A DNA stretch of 64,000 nucleotides from Candidatus Eiseniibacteriota bacterium (lineage in GTDB: Bacteria; Eisenbacteria; RBG-16-71-46; CAVPCR01), in the NCBI GenBank assembly GCA_963702435.1, contig CAVPCR010000001.1, positions 1,440,001 through 1,504,000 on the forward strand, in the 5' to 3' direction. Shown here one piece after another: positions 33,786 to 42,542 of this stretch. Every line of letters begins with the position of its first letter. Position 1 is the stretch's first letter. A program made the position numbers and the translations under genes. The notes under the pieces are model-generated. The model worked only from the letters and a program-made list of their open reading frames with translations, was not told where the DNA came from and did not search any database.

Positions 33786-35306
33786 ATGGCAGACGACGAG
33801 AACCGTAAGCTCACGGTCCACGAACGCTGGGCGCATCTGCGCTTCTCGGTGATCGGCCCGCTCCTGGCGGCGCCGCCGGCGCGTGGCGAGCTTCAGGGCG
33901 AGCTCCGGAAGCTGGCCGAGAAGCAGTGGCTCCACCCCGTGACCGCTCGACCGATGCAGTTCGGGGTGTCGACCATCGAACGTTGGTATCACCAGGCGAA
34001 GCGGGAGCGGTTCGATCCAGTCAGGGTGCTTCGGCGCAAGATCCGCAAGGACTCCGGCCGGGCGCTCGCGATCGGGGACGGGCTCAAGCAGGCGATTCAC
34101 GAACTGTACAAGGCCCACCGCGGTTGGAGCTACGCGCTGCACTACGACAACCTCGCAGTGCTGGCGGGTGCGGATCCGACCCTCGGGCCGCTACCCTCGT
34201 ACTCGACCGTCCGTCGGTTCATGAAGGCCAACGGGCTGTGGAAGCGGCGCCGGGTCTCCAGCGCCGACACCACCGGGGTGCGACGCGCCGAAGCACGGCT
34301 CGATGAGCGCGAGGTGCGTAGCTTCGAGGCCGAGTACGTCCACGGGCTTTGGCATCTCGACTTCCACGCCGGCTCGAAGAAGGTGCTCACGCCCGACGGC
34401 GAGTGGGTGATCCCGCAGGTTCTGGCGATCCTCGATGATCGCTCACGATTGGTCTGTCACGCGCAATGGTACCACGCTGAGAACGCGGAGAACCTCGTGC
34501 ATGGTCTCTCGCAGGCGATTCAGAAGCGCTCGTTGCCGAGGTCGTTGATGAGCGACAACGGCACCGCCATGAAGGCTGGCGAGGTGACCCAGGGCCTGGC
34601 CCGGCTCGGCATCCTCCATCACCTGACCTTGCCCTACTCCGCCTACCAGAACGCCAAACAAGAAGTCTTCTGGGCCCAGCTCGAAGGACGGCTGATCGCC
34701 ATGCTCGAAGGAGTGCGCGACCTGACGCTGCCGCTTCTCAACGAGGCCACCCAGGCTTGGGCCGAGATGGAGTACAACCGCACCGTGCACTCCGAGATCC
34801 ACCAGTCCCCCGTCGAACGCTACCTCCAAGGACCCGACGTCGGCCGATCGAGCCCCGACAGCCAGCCGCTGCGCCTCGCCTTCACGATCGAAGTGCGGCG
34901 CACTCAGCGCCGTAGCGACGGCACCCTGACGCTCGAGGGATGCCGCTTCGAGATCCCCGCGCACTACCGCACCCTCGAACGCGTCGCCGTGCGCTACGCC
35001 ACCTGGGACCTCTCTCAGGTTCACCTCGTCGACGAACGCACGGGAGCGGTACTCTGTCAACTTTACCCCCTCGACAAGGCACGTAACGCTGACGGCCTCA
35101 GGCGTCGACTGCCTGAAGATCCCCTCGCCACCCGCGATCAGGATCCGCCGACCGAGTCCGGCATGGCGCCGTTGATGCGCCAGCTGATGAAAGATTACGC
35201 CGCCACCGGCCTCCCGCCGGCCTATCTCCCGAAACCCGCACCGTATCCACTCGCCGCGCACCACGCGCCGCCCCCGCAGACCACTCTCCAGGAGGACCAG
35301 CCATGA
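33786..35306 (+). CDS. DDE-type (rve) transposase with Mu-like C-terminal domain
   Basis: STIERW HTH, PSYSTVRR, LWHLDFH, LDDRSR, SDNG, YN...HSE, RSDGTL.LEG.RFE. Confidence 0.9.
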   Translation: MADDENRKLTVHERWAHLRFSVIGPLLAAPPARGELQGELRKLAEKQWLHPVTARPMQFGVSTIERWYHQAKRERFDPVRVLRRKIRKDSGRALAIGDGLKQAIHELYKAHRGWSYALHYDNLAVLAGADPTLGPLPSYSTVRRFMKANGLWKRRRVSSADTTGVRRAEARLDEREVRSFEAEYVHGLWHLDFHAGSKKVLTPDGEWVIPQVLAILDDRSRLVCHAQWYHAENAENLVHGLSQAIQKRSLPRSLMSDNGTAMKAGEVTQGLARLGILHHLTLPYSAYQNAKQEVFWAQLEGRLIAMLEGVRDLTLPLLNEATQAWAEMEYNRTVHSEIHQSPVERYLQGPDVGRSSPDSQPLRLAFTIEVRRTQRRSDGTLTLEGCRFEIPAHYRTLERVAVRYATWDLSQVHLVDERTGAVLCQLYPLDKARNADGLRRRLPEDPLATRDQDPPTESGMAPLMRQLMKDYAATGLPPAYLPKPAPYPLAAHHAPPPQTTLQEDQP

Positions 35307-36142
35307 ACCCGAAGCTCCTCTCGCTCCATGGCCTCAAGTGGAACCCCTTCTCGCCCGAGGTCCCCATCGAGGCGCTCCTCCTCACTCCCAAGCTCGAGCA
35401 CTTCTCGTGGCGCGTCGAGAACCTGACCCGCGAAGGAGGCTTCGCCCTGATCACCGGCGATCCCGGACTCGGCAAGTCGGTCGCGCTGCGGCTCCTCGTC
35501 GACAAGCTCTCCGGACATCGTGACCTCATGGTCGGGATCCTCACCCGTCCCCAGAGCGGCGTCCCCGACTTCTACCGCGAGCTCGGCGACCTGTTCGGCG
35601 TTCAGCTCTCACCCCACAACCGCTGGGCCGGAGCCCGGGTGCTCCGCGAACGCTGGCAAGCGCACATCGAAGCCGCTCTCCTCCGTCCCGTGCTCATCGT
35701 CGACGAGGCACAAGAGATGCGGCCCGCCGTGCTCAACGAGCTCCGCCTGCTCTGCGCCACCGAGCTCGACTCCCGCGCGCTCCTCACCGTCGTCCTCGGC
35801 GGTGACTCTCGCCTGACCGAGAACTTCCGCGGCGAGGAGCTCCTTCCCCTCGGCAGCCGGATGCGTGTTCGCCTCGTCCTCCAGCCCGCCACTCCACAGG
35901 AACTGCTCGAATGCTTGCGTCACGCCCTCAACCAGACCGGAAACCCGCACTTGATGACGACCGAGCTCATGACCACGCTCTGCGAGCACGCCGCCGGCAA
36001 CTACCGCATCCTCATGACCATGGCCGGAGAGCTCCTCGATGCTGCCGTTCAGCGTGATGCACGCCAGCTCGACGAAAAGCTCTACCTCGAGGTCTTCACC
36101 GTGCCGAAGGTCCCCGACCGCGGCCGCGCCAAGGCGCGATAA
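35303..36142 (+). CDS. ExeA-like AAA ATPase (transposition helper)
   Basis: Walker A GDPGLGKS, Walker B LIVDEAQ; ATGA overlap with the transposase. Confidence 0.9.
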   Translation: MNPKLLSLHGLKWNPFSPEVPIEALLLTPKLEHFSWRVENLTREGGFALITGDPGLGKSVALRLLVDKLSGHRDLMVGILTRPQSGVPDFYRELGDLFGVQLSPHNRWAGARVLRERWQAHIEAALLRPVLIVDEAQEMRPAVLNELRLLCATELDSRALLTVVLGGDSRLTENFRGEELLPLGSRMRVRLVLQPATPQELLECLRHALNQTGNPHLMTTELMTTLCEHAAGNYRILMTMAGELLDAAVQRDARQLDEKLYLEVFTVPKVPDRGRAKAR

Positions 36143-37468
36143 ACACTCCCCTCGACATGCGTGACTCAAATGCCATCAAACACCGCGCCCACGCTCACTG
36201 CTGGCGGATCTCGGCATCACGAAGAGTCATTCCCGACCCCAGGTCAGCAACGACAACCCGTATTCCGAGGCCCAGTTCAAGACGCTCAAGTACCGGCCGG
36301 AGTTCCCCGAGCGCTTCGGGTCGATCCACGACTCCCGAGCGCACTGCGTGGACTTCTTTCCCTGGTACAACTGCGAACACCATCACGCTGGACTCGGATT
36401 CCTGACGCCTCACGAAGTGCACTACGGTTTGGCCCCGGCGCGCATCGCCAGCCGGTCCGCGGTGCTGGTCACGGCCTATGCGGCCCACCCCGAGCGCTTT
36501 CCGCACGGGGTGCCTCGCCCGCAGCTTCCCCCGAAGGAGGTGTGGATCAACAAGCCAACCACGACTCGGCTGGTCGAGGAGGTCGTACTGTAAATTCACG
36601 AAAGGGGTGTCTCATTTTCATTGACACGCTCCGGCGCCTGGTCCACCGCCTCATCCGGAAGGGCGGCTGTCCCAGGGAACTCGCTCTCGTAAGAGGCCGG
36701 CGCTCCAGCCCTAACGACGAAGTGCTGCCCGTGGAACCGCGCGGTGATCGGGAAGAGCCGCCGCGTCAGCCGGACGATGAGGTTCTGGTTGGGGTCAGTG
36801 TGAGCCGTCTTCAAGGCCAGCATCTTGATGCCTGTGACGATCAGGAAGGCCCCAAAGACGTAGAGGATCCAGTGGTACTGGGCAATCAAGGTTGCGCCGA
36901 GTGCAATCATGGCCCCGCGCATTGCCAGGGCGCCCAGGATGCCCCAGAACAGTACTCGATGCTGGTAGATCGGCGGAACCGCGAAGAAGCTGAAGATCAT
37001 TGCGATCACGAAAACGTTGTCGATGCTCAGCGACTTCTCAACGACGTACCCCGTCAGATACTTGACGGCCGCCGTCATTCCATCGTTGATCACCCCATCG
37101 ACAGCATCAACCGCACTTCCTAGCCCCAGCCAGTGGTTCTCGTACCCGTAGTACACAGGAAACGAGAAGGAAAGCCCGAGCGTGACCCACACCGCGGACC
37201 ACGTGAGGGCCTCCTTCAGCGTGACCACATGGGCTTTCCGATGGAACACCCCCAGGTCCAGCGCCAGCATAAGCAACACAAAGAGAATGAATCCTACCCA
37301 AATCGAGACCATTCACTGCTCTCCTTGCTGGTGAAGCAGGCCCCTCGGCGTTCAGCAGTCAGCGGCGACTGCTGGGGCTGTCTTGCGCTTGATCACTCGA
37401 GCACTTGTTTCATCCTACGGCCATCGCTGACGACGGTACCGGCCCCGTCGGTTCAGATGTGCCCGAGG

Positions 37469-38281
37469 TTACGATCTCGACGACCTACGCAGCGCCTCGA
37501 TCTCACGCCGCAACGCGCGTACCTCGTCGAGGACGAGCCTGGTGTCCGTCTCTCTCTCGTGCTGGATGTCCTCTGCGACCTGAGACTGCATCGCGTTGAC
37601 GACTACTGCAATGAACAGGTTCAGCACCATGAACGTCGCGATGAGAAGGTAGACCACGAAGAAGATCCAGGACTGCGGCGACTGCGCCATGACGCCGCGT
37701 GCAATGTCGGGCCAGCCCTCAACGGTCATGACCTGAAACAGCGTGAACAGGGACGCGCTGAGGTTGCCGAAGGGCTCCGGCGCGATCTCACCGAACAGTC
37801 TCGTGGCCATCACCGCGGATACGTAGAGCACGAGTCCCATGAGGCCGACTATCGATGCCATGCCCGGTAGTGCGTTGAGCAGGCCGCCAACCACGCGGCG
37901 CATCGACGGCACCAGCGAAACCAGCCGAAGCACACGCAACACGCGCAGGGCGCGCAGCACGGCGAACGCACTGCCCGCCGGAACGACCGCGATCCCAACG
38001 ACCACAAAGTCGAACACGCGCCAGGGGTCGCCGAAGAAGCGACCACGGTGGACGAAGAACCGCAACAGCAGCTCGGCCACGAACACAACCAGCACCAGTC
38101 GGTCGAACGCGTAGAGCGAATCGCCGAATCGTGCCGCGACCCGCGGTGCGGTCTCGATTCCGAGCGTGATGGCGTTCGCAACGATCAGCGCAGTAATGGA
38201 CTTCTCGAACCGCGCACTTTCGATAATGCCGCGGACGCGTTCGCGTAGGCTCGAAGCGGGTTCGGTGTTGCTCGTATTCAC
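37469..38281 (-). CDS. Cassette ORF, 6-TM voltage-gated ion channel (BacNav/Cav-like)
   Basis: DPWRVFDFVVV (S2-S3), S4 LRALRVLRVLRLVS, pore TLFQVMTVEGWPDI, S6 FMVLNLFIAVVV, C-terminal coiled coil; GTG start after GGAGAAGG. Confidence 0.92.
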   Translation of the reverse strand: MNTSNTEPASSLRERVRGIIESARFEKSITALIVANAITLGIETAPRVAARFGDSLYAFDRLVLVVFVAELLLRFFVHRGRFFGDPWRVFDFVVVGIAVVPAGSAFAVLRALRVLRVLRLVSLVPSMRRVVGGLLNALPGMASIVGLMGLVLYVSAVMATRLFGEIAPEPFGNLSASLFTLFQVMTVEGWPDIARGVMAQSPQSWIFFVVYLLIATFMVLNLFIAVVVNAMQSQVAEDIQHERETDTRLVLDEVRALRREIEALRRSSRS

Positions 38282-38481
38282 CGTGCCTTCTCCATGGATT
38301 CCGAGATTGTAGCTCCCATCACCAAGACCTATCGTACGACTCCTTGTCCCCGCAGCAGGAAGCGAGCCCGCCCCGACGTCTTTCAGCCATCGTCGCGACA
38401 TTCTCGCTCGGCTCCACACGCCACCGGGTGAGCGGAGCTTTCCACTTGTCCAGGCAACTCTCTGGCCTACCCGTGTCGGCC

Positions 38482-38539
38482 GCCTAACGCGGGAAATCAG
38501 CGGCCGGCGAAGCCGGTCCGCTGGATTGACTGGTTAGGC
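38482..38539 (-). other. attC site
   Basis: GCCTAAC...AATCAGCGG..CCGCTGGATT...GTTAGGC, 58 bp. Confidence 0.9.
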
Positions 38540-39257
38540 GTCCATCGCCAACGAGCCAATCCCTCCAGCGATTCTCCAGGCCTGAGGCCTCCTCGCCTAT
38601 CACAGAGAAGACGTCTCCATCCGGGCATTCCTTCGCAATCCTCAGAATCATTTCCTTGCCGTAGGTGTTGTTTATGAACCGAACGATGGTCCAGCCCCAG
38701 TCGTAGCCTAGTCTTCTGTCAGTCTGAATCTGTGCGATGCGCGGGACTCTGTTCTCCTCGACTCCCTTCAAAACCGGCCTTCTGAAGTCATTTTCGTGGC
38801 GCCACTGGGCTGAAATGTATACCGCAAGCCCCTCACTCCACCATCTGGGGGTTGCTTCTATGTTGGGGGCAAGGTGCTCCTCGACCACGTGGACCAACTC
38901 ATGCGCCACGAGCCTTCTGAAATCTTCCAAGACGTATTTGAAGATCGAATGGCTTTCATAGGCCGAGGGGGACAGTAGAACCATGTCGGTCCTTTGGGGC
39001 TGCGCCACCCTAGCGGGGTTGGAGGGAACTTCGATCTCGACGCGGAGAAGGTCCCGGACCAGCCGGTCGAACTCATTTCGACTTGGCACTAACACAGCTC
39101 TGACTTTTGGGAAGGGCTTCGAAAGTTCGAAGTAGCAGGTGATGGCAGAGAGTGCCTCGGCCAGGGCATCGAAGGTCTCCCCCGCCAATTGCTGTTCGCC
39201 CTCTACGTATCTGATTTCGGCTTTCTCGTTCCCAAGTCGGAGGTAGTTGTCCAACAT
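38484..39257 (-). CDS. Cassette ORF, zincin/peptidase MA-like protein; reads through its attC
   Basis: HELVH...PRWWSEGLA gluzincin-like motif. Confidence 0.75.
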   Translation of the reverse strand: MLDNYLRLGNEKAEIRYVEGEQQLAGETFDALAEALSAITCYFELSKPFPKVRAVLVPSRNEFDRLVRDLLRVEIEVPSNPARVAQPQRTDMVLLSPSAYESHSIFKYVLEDFRRLVAHELVHVVEEHLAPNIEATPRWWSEGLAVYISAQWRHENDFRRPVLKGVEENRVPRIAQIQTDRRLGYDWGWTIVRFINNTYGKEMILRIAKECPDGDVFSVIGEEASGLENRWRDWLVGDGRLTSQSSGPASPAADFPR

Positions 39258-39271
39258 AAGCTTCTTCTGAC

Positions 39272-39335
39272 GCCTAACGCTCCCGCTCACCTGCGGCGAG
39301 CGAAGCGAGCCGGCAGGTGCAACGGCCTGTTAGCC
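39272..39335 (-). other. attC site (TA cassette copy 1)
   Basis: GCCTAAC...CTCACCTG..CAGGTGCAA...GTTAGCC. Confidence 0.9.
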
Positions 39336-39384
39336 CCGAGCTGACACGGCCAGACTCCGCATCGCCTCCGCGCGAGTGCTCGAG

Positions 39385-39675
39385 CTACAAACCATGGCGA
39401 AACAGCCTCGCGCCATGAAAGACGGTCACGATCTCCACCGCCCGTGGCGACGAACGATAGACGATGCGGTAGTTCCGCCAAAGAACCTCGCGAAGGGTTG
39501 GTTCTCCGAACTCCGGGACGATACGCCCGGACTCGGGAAAACTCCGGAGACGCTCAACTGCATCGACGATGTGCCGGGCTACGAGAGCGCCAAAGTGCGG
39601 CGAGTCCCGACTGATGTAATCGCGGATCGACTCGACGTCCGCGATGGCCTGGGGGGACCAGACGATCTCAATCAC
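39385..39675 (-). CDS. RelE/ParE family toxin (copy 1)
   Basis: IVWSPQAIADVESIRDYI...FPESGRIVPE...REV....YRIVY...VFHGAR; GTG start overlaps the antitoxin end. Confidence 0.88.
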   Translation of the reverse strand: MIEIVWSPQAIADVESIRDYISRDSPHFGALVARHIVDAVERLRSFPESGRIVPEFGEPTLREVLWRNYRIVYRSSPRAVEIVTVFHGARLFRHGL

Positions 39676-39844
39676 CGACGATGCGCCTCTTGGCCTCCTC
39701 GTGAGAGATGGCCTGACCGCTATCGAGCTCGCCAAGACCCTTCTGTACCTTGGCGATGAAGCAAAGTCGTTCGATCGCATCCTCGATGGTCGCATCATCC
39801 GGAAGCTGCTGAACCGCCTGAACAACTCGTTGTTTGTCAGTCAT
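39668..39844 (-). CDS. 58-aa antitoxin (copy 1; absent from the ORF track)
   Basis: GGAGG SD; MTDKQRVVQAVQQLPDDATIEDAIERLCFIAKVQKGLGELDSGQAISHEEAKRRIVGD; candidate TTGTAG-N18-TACGCT promoter upstream. Confidence 0.85.
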   Translation of the reverse strand: MTDKQRVVQAVQQLPDDATIEDAIERLCFIAKVQKGLGELDSGQAISHEEAKRRIVGD

Positions 39845-39932
39845 CTGACCGAACCTCCAAGTGACCTGTCCTGCGAGCGTACGCGAACGCCGCGCGTGTC
39901 TACAACGACGTCTCCAGTCCGCCGGCTGATGG

Positions 39933-39990
39933 GGCTAACGTCTGGCATCAGCGGCGAGCGTAGCGAGTCCGCTGCATGCCGGGGTTAGGC
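39933..39990 (-). other. attC site
   Basis: GGCTAAC...GGCATCAGCGG..CCGCTGCATGCC...GTTAGGC. Confidence 0.9.
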
Positions 39991-40572
39991 CGTGGCGTGT
40001 TGATCAGGCGCTCGGACTACAACGCATCCCATTCTGTTGGGATGGTCGAGGACTAACGCGCTTCCACCGAGGCCTCGTAACAGGCCCATGATGACGACAT
40101 CGCCGCCCGCAAGCGCGAGATTGGCTGCTCCGAAGACCGTAAGGCCGCCCGAGTTGATGCCGATGCCTACGGCAGTGGGTACGACCCCGAGAAGGAACGC
40201 GGGAAGGACGAGGGCCACGCGATAGCCGCTGGCAGAGACGGGCGCGGTGGAGTACCCAGACGGAGTCATGGTCTTCCAGTCGATGCTGAAGCGGATCGTG
40301 GTGCGGGAGGCGCCGGCGAGGAGGAACCCCAGGGCATGAAGACCTTCGTGTCCGGGAATGCTGAGAAGAACGGCGAGAAGCATCGATGTCGAAGGGGGCG
40401 CGATGGCCGCCAGCGATCCGGAGCCCCAGACCGCGATGTGAAGGCCAAACGCGGCACTGAAGGTAACCGCCAGGACTGGAAGGGCGAGGAGGTTGCCCCT
40501 CGTCATACTGACGCTTCGATCCTCGAGTGCGCCTGGCGTTACTGGGAGCCTCGACGCCACAGTGTGAGCCAC
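39985..40572 (-). CDS. Cassette ORF, DUF3267-like membrane zincin
   Basis: HEGLHALG, ALVLP, AGGD, LVLDHP..GC motifs; start uncertain. Confidence 0.8.
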   Translation of the reverse strand: MAHTVASRLPVTPGALEDRSVSMTRGNLLALPVLAVTFSAAFGLHIAVWGSGSLAAIAPPSTSMLLAVLLSIPGHEGLHALGFLLAGASRTTIRFSIDWKTMTPSGYSTAPVSASGYRVALVLPAFLLGVVPTAVGIGINSGGLTVFGAANLALAGGDVVIMGLLRGLGGSALVLDHPNRMGCVVVRAPDQHATA

Positions 40573-40586
40573 AGTGTTGGTCCACG

Positions 40587-40683
40587 GCCTAACGCGGGCC
40601 TCAGCCGCGGCGGGCGTTCACTGCGGCCACCTTCTCACCTCTTCCCCGCGCCGCCCGCCGTCGGCTGCAGGCGGGTGTTCTGC
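40587..40683 (-). other. attC site of gene-less cassette A1
   Basis: GCCTAAC...CCTCAGCCG..CGGCTGCAGG...GTTCTGC. Confidence 0.9.
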
Positions 40684-40902
40684 GGCTGGCTCGGCGTCCC
40701 TGCTCATGGCGGCGGCGCCGCCCGTCATCAGCGCGGCGTCCCGGCCCTCATCACCGACGCCTCTTCCAGACTCCCTGCTCCTGCGGCCGGCGCCGCGCCG
40801 CAACCAACTTCCCTTCGCAACCAAACATCGATCCAGACCACGCTCGCATCTGGCCACATGACCTGATCCGCCCTCTGCTTCCAGCCCCGTCAGCGCGCAG
40901 AA
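40593..40902 (-). mobile_element. Gene-less cassette A1 (310 bp)
   Basis: Matching GCAGAAC/GTTCTGC cores; no convincing ORF; homologous to A2, A3, B and C. Confidence 0.85.
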
Positions 40903-40993
40903 CGCTGGCCTCAGCCGCGGCGGGCGCACAATGAAGCCGTCATTCATCTCGAATCCTAGCGCGCCCGCCGGCAGGTGCAAGCGCTTGTTGTGC
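40897..40993 (-). other. attC site with mismatched, possibly chimeric L arms
   Basis: GCAGAAC...CCTCAGCCGCGGCGGGCG..CGCCCGCCGGCAGGTGCAAG...GTTGTGC. Confidence 0.8.
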
Positions 40994-41006
40994 GCTTCAT
41001 CCGCCT

Positions 41007-41699
41007 TCAGGTGGAAGTACCAACTGCACGCTTCGTGGCCACGACAGTGAGAATGTCGTCGTCGCATAGGGGCATGCCATCGCATCGTGATCGAAGCTCT
41101 TGCTCCCTCTCCAGCCAATACGCGGGCCGGGGGCTACGGATCGCAAGCTCTCCGAATGAGCGGAAGAATTCGTCAAAGGGGATCGGGGCGTCGCTTCGGT
41201 CCACATGAACCTCAAGGAGATCGGCATGGGCTTCGACAGCGGACAGCAGGGCGTCCTGCGCGAGGTGCCAGTAGTGCGGATAGCCGACCTCAGCCTGGAG
41301 GGCCAGGAGCAACCCTTGCGCCTCGTGCGTCCGCTGCTTGGCCGCTGACCGAAAATCGTCCAGCGGCTCCTGGAGAAGCAGCCGGTGGCTCGACACCCGG
41401 ATCATCTCGGCCAGCGCCTCGGGCCAAAGTGCCATGTGGTGAAGTGCGGCACGCTCAAGGACCACGGGAAAGGAATCGTTCGCGAATCCAAGCGCCAGTG
41501 CATCCATACGACAGAAGTGGACGGCGGACGGACATCCGCCGCGTCGCCAACCCGCCCCCCCTGAGACCACATCTATCGCAATGACCTCCCCGCACAGCTG
41601 GGTCAAGCCGCGCGTGAAGTGACCACAGCCACAGCCGACATCCAAGATCGAGGCTGGGCTGAACGAACGAATGATCCTCTCAAGTCGGGAATCGGGCAT
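41007..41699 (-). CDS. Cassette ORF, class I SAM-dependent methyltransferase
   Basis: ILDVGCGCG, MDA..LGF...SF, ALHH...ALAEMIRV. Confidence 0.85.
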   Translation of the reverse strand: MPDSRLERIIRSFSPASILDVGCGCGHFTRGLTQLCGEVIAIDVVSGGAGWRRGGCPSAVHFCRMDALALGFANDSFPVVLERAALHHMALWPEALAEMIRVSSHRLLLQEPLDDFRSAAKQRTHEAQGLLLALQAEVGYPHYWHLAQDALLSAVEAHADLLEVHVDRSDAPIPFDEFFRSFGELAIRSPRPAYWLEREQELRSRCDGMPLCDDDILTVVATKRAVGTST

Positions 41700-41726
41700 C
41701 TGCCATGTCCCCAAGATCTGAGATGC

Positions 41727-41834
41727 GCACAACTCCACTGGCCTCAGCCGCGAGCCCGGGCCGTAGGCCTTGTCACGCCGCTTGTTCCAAGCGGCGTGAC
41801 AACAGGGCTCGCCGGCTGCGGGCCATTGTTAGGC
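41727..41834 (-). other. attC site
   Basis: GCACAAC...GTTAGGC with a perfect inner 15-bp stem TTGTCACGCCGCTTG/CAAGCGGCGTGACAA. Confidence 0.9.
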
Positions 41835-42406
41835 AGCGTCAGCTGTCGCTCGCGCCAGCCCAGCGTGATCGACTCGCCTACCACGAGCTGCGACCAAGCC
41901 TTGCTGATCTCGTCGAACCGTTCGCAGATTCGTTCGATGTTCTCGGTCGACAGCAACGCAAGTTCTGTTTCCGAGCAGTTATCGCGATCCCTACCTGCGT
42001 ACCCGGCGATCTCTCTGGCCTCTTGCTTGTCCGATCGCCGGGAGGAGCGAGCCAGCCACTCGTGGCGACAGATGTTCGCCATGCGCTCGGTCGTCGCGAG
42101 TTGTTCGCGCCCCTCTCTCGCCAAGCGCTCGCCTCGCCTCTTGCCCTTCCTCCGGACCCGGGCTTGCTCCCGCGATGACATGGCCGCTGGAGCGAGGTAG
42201 AAGGAACCGGCATTGCCGCCAGACGCCAGTTGGCCGAAGATCCCGGCCGTAAGACCCAGTTCCTCTTCGACCACGAAGTGAATGATGTCATGAGGTAGGT
42301 ACGCATCGAATCCGGGAGCCGGGTTCATCTCCACCATGGGGTAGCCGGGACGATGGGCTCGGACCGCGTAGCGACGAGCTCCCGTCTTTACAAACTCGAT
42401 GTCCAT
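41744..42406 (-). CDS. Cassette ORF, hypothetical (LPHDIIHFVVE motif); reads through its attC
   Basis: GGAGGGGAG SD; PHD..HFVVE..LG...G.FG..A.G motif. Confidence 0.75.
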   Translation of the reverse strand: MDIEFVKTGARRYAVRAHRPGYPMVEMNPAPGFDAYLPHDIIHFVVEEELGLTAGIFGQLASGGNAGSFYLAPAAMSSREQARVRRKGKRRGERLAREGREQLATTERMANICRHEWLARSSRRSDKQEAREIAGYAGRDRDNCSETELALLSTENIERICERFDEISKAWSQLVVGESITLGWRERQLTLPNNGPQPASPVVTPLGTSGVTRPTARARG

Positions 42407-42433
42407 GCGTGCACTCCCCTCCAGCGGACTGCT

Positions 42434-42497
42434 GCCTAACGCTTGGCATCACCTGCGAGCCGCGGAGCGGATCGCCAGGTGCGTGCCGGTGTTAGGC
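42434..42497 (-). other. attC site
   Basis: GCCTAAC...GGCATCACCTG..CAGGTGCGTGCC...GTTAGGC. Confidence 0.9.
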
Positions 42498-42542
42498 CAT
42501 CTTGCTTGCCAGTCTGGCCAGCTTGCGGCGCATCTCTGGATC

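Larger units (their letters stand above)
32917..36198 (+). mobile_element. Three-gene transposable element (Cys-rich protein, DDE integrase, ExeA-like ATPase) inserted in IS3 orfB
   Basis: Imperfect IRs GTCAGCGT..TTGATGG / GTGAGCGT..TTGATGG; flanked by direct repeat TGCT (or CTGCTG); removal restores the orfB frame. Confidence 0.85.
32309..36593 (+). pseudogene. IS3 family transposase OrfB, split (32309-32916 and 36199-36593)
   Basis: WSWDITKL, LDIFSR, IHADRG...KPVALL | LADLGITKSHSRPQVSNDNPYSEAQFKTLKY. Confidence 0.88.
31828..36633 (+). mobile_element. IS3 family element, itself interrupted by a second element; ends approximate
   Basis: Imperfect IRs CGTGCCAATATGAGTGAGACACCC / CGTGTCAATGAAAATGAGACACCC; orfA-orfB organisation. 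Confidence 0.85.
31428..37312 (-). pseudogene. TerC/Alx family membrane protein split by the IS3 insertion (5' part ~36634-37312, 3' part 31428-~31827)
   Basis: LALDLGVFHR, GYVVEKSLSIDN, YQHRVLFWG in the 5' part; EFTDLIFAVDSIPAI, TSNVFAILGLRSLYF in the 3' part; rejoins as DQARPGTW. Confidence 0.9.
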
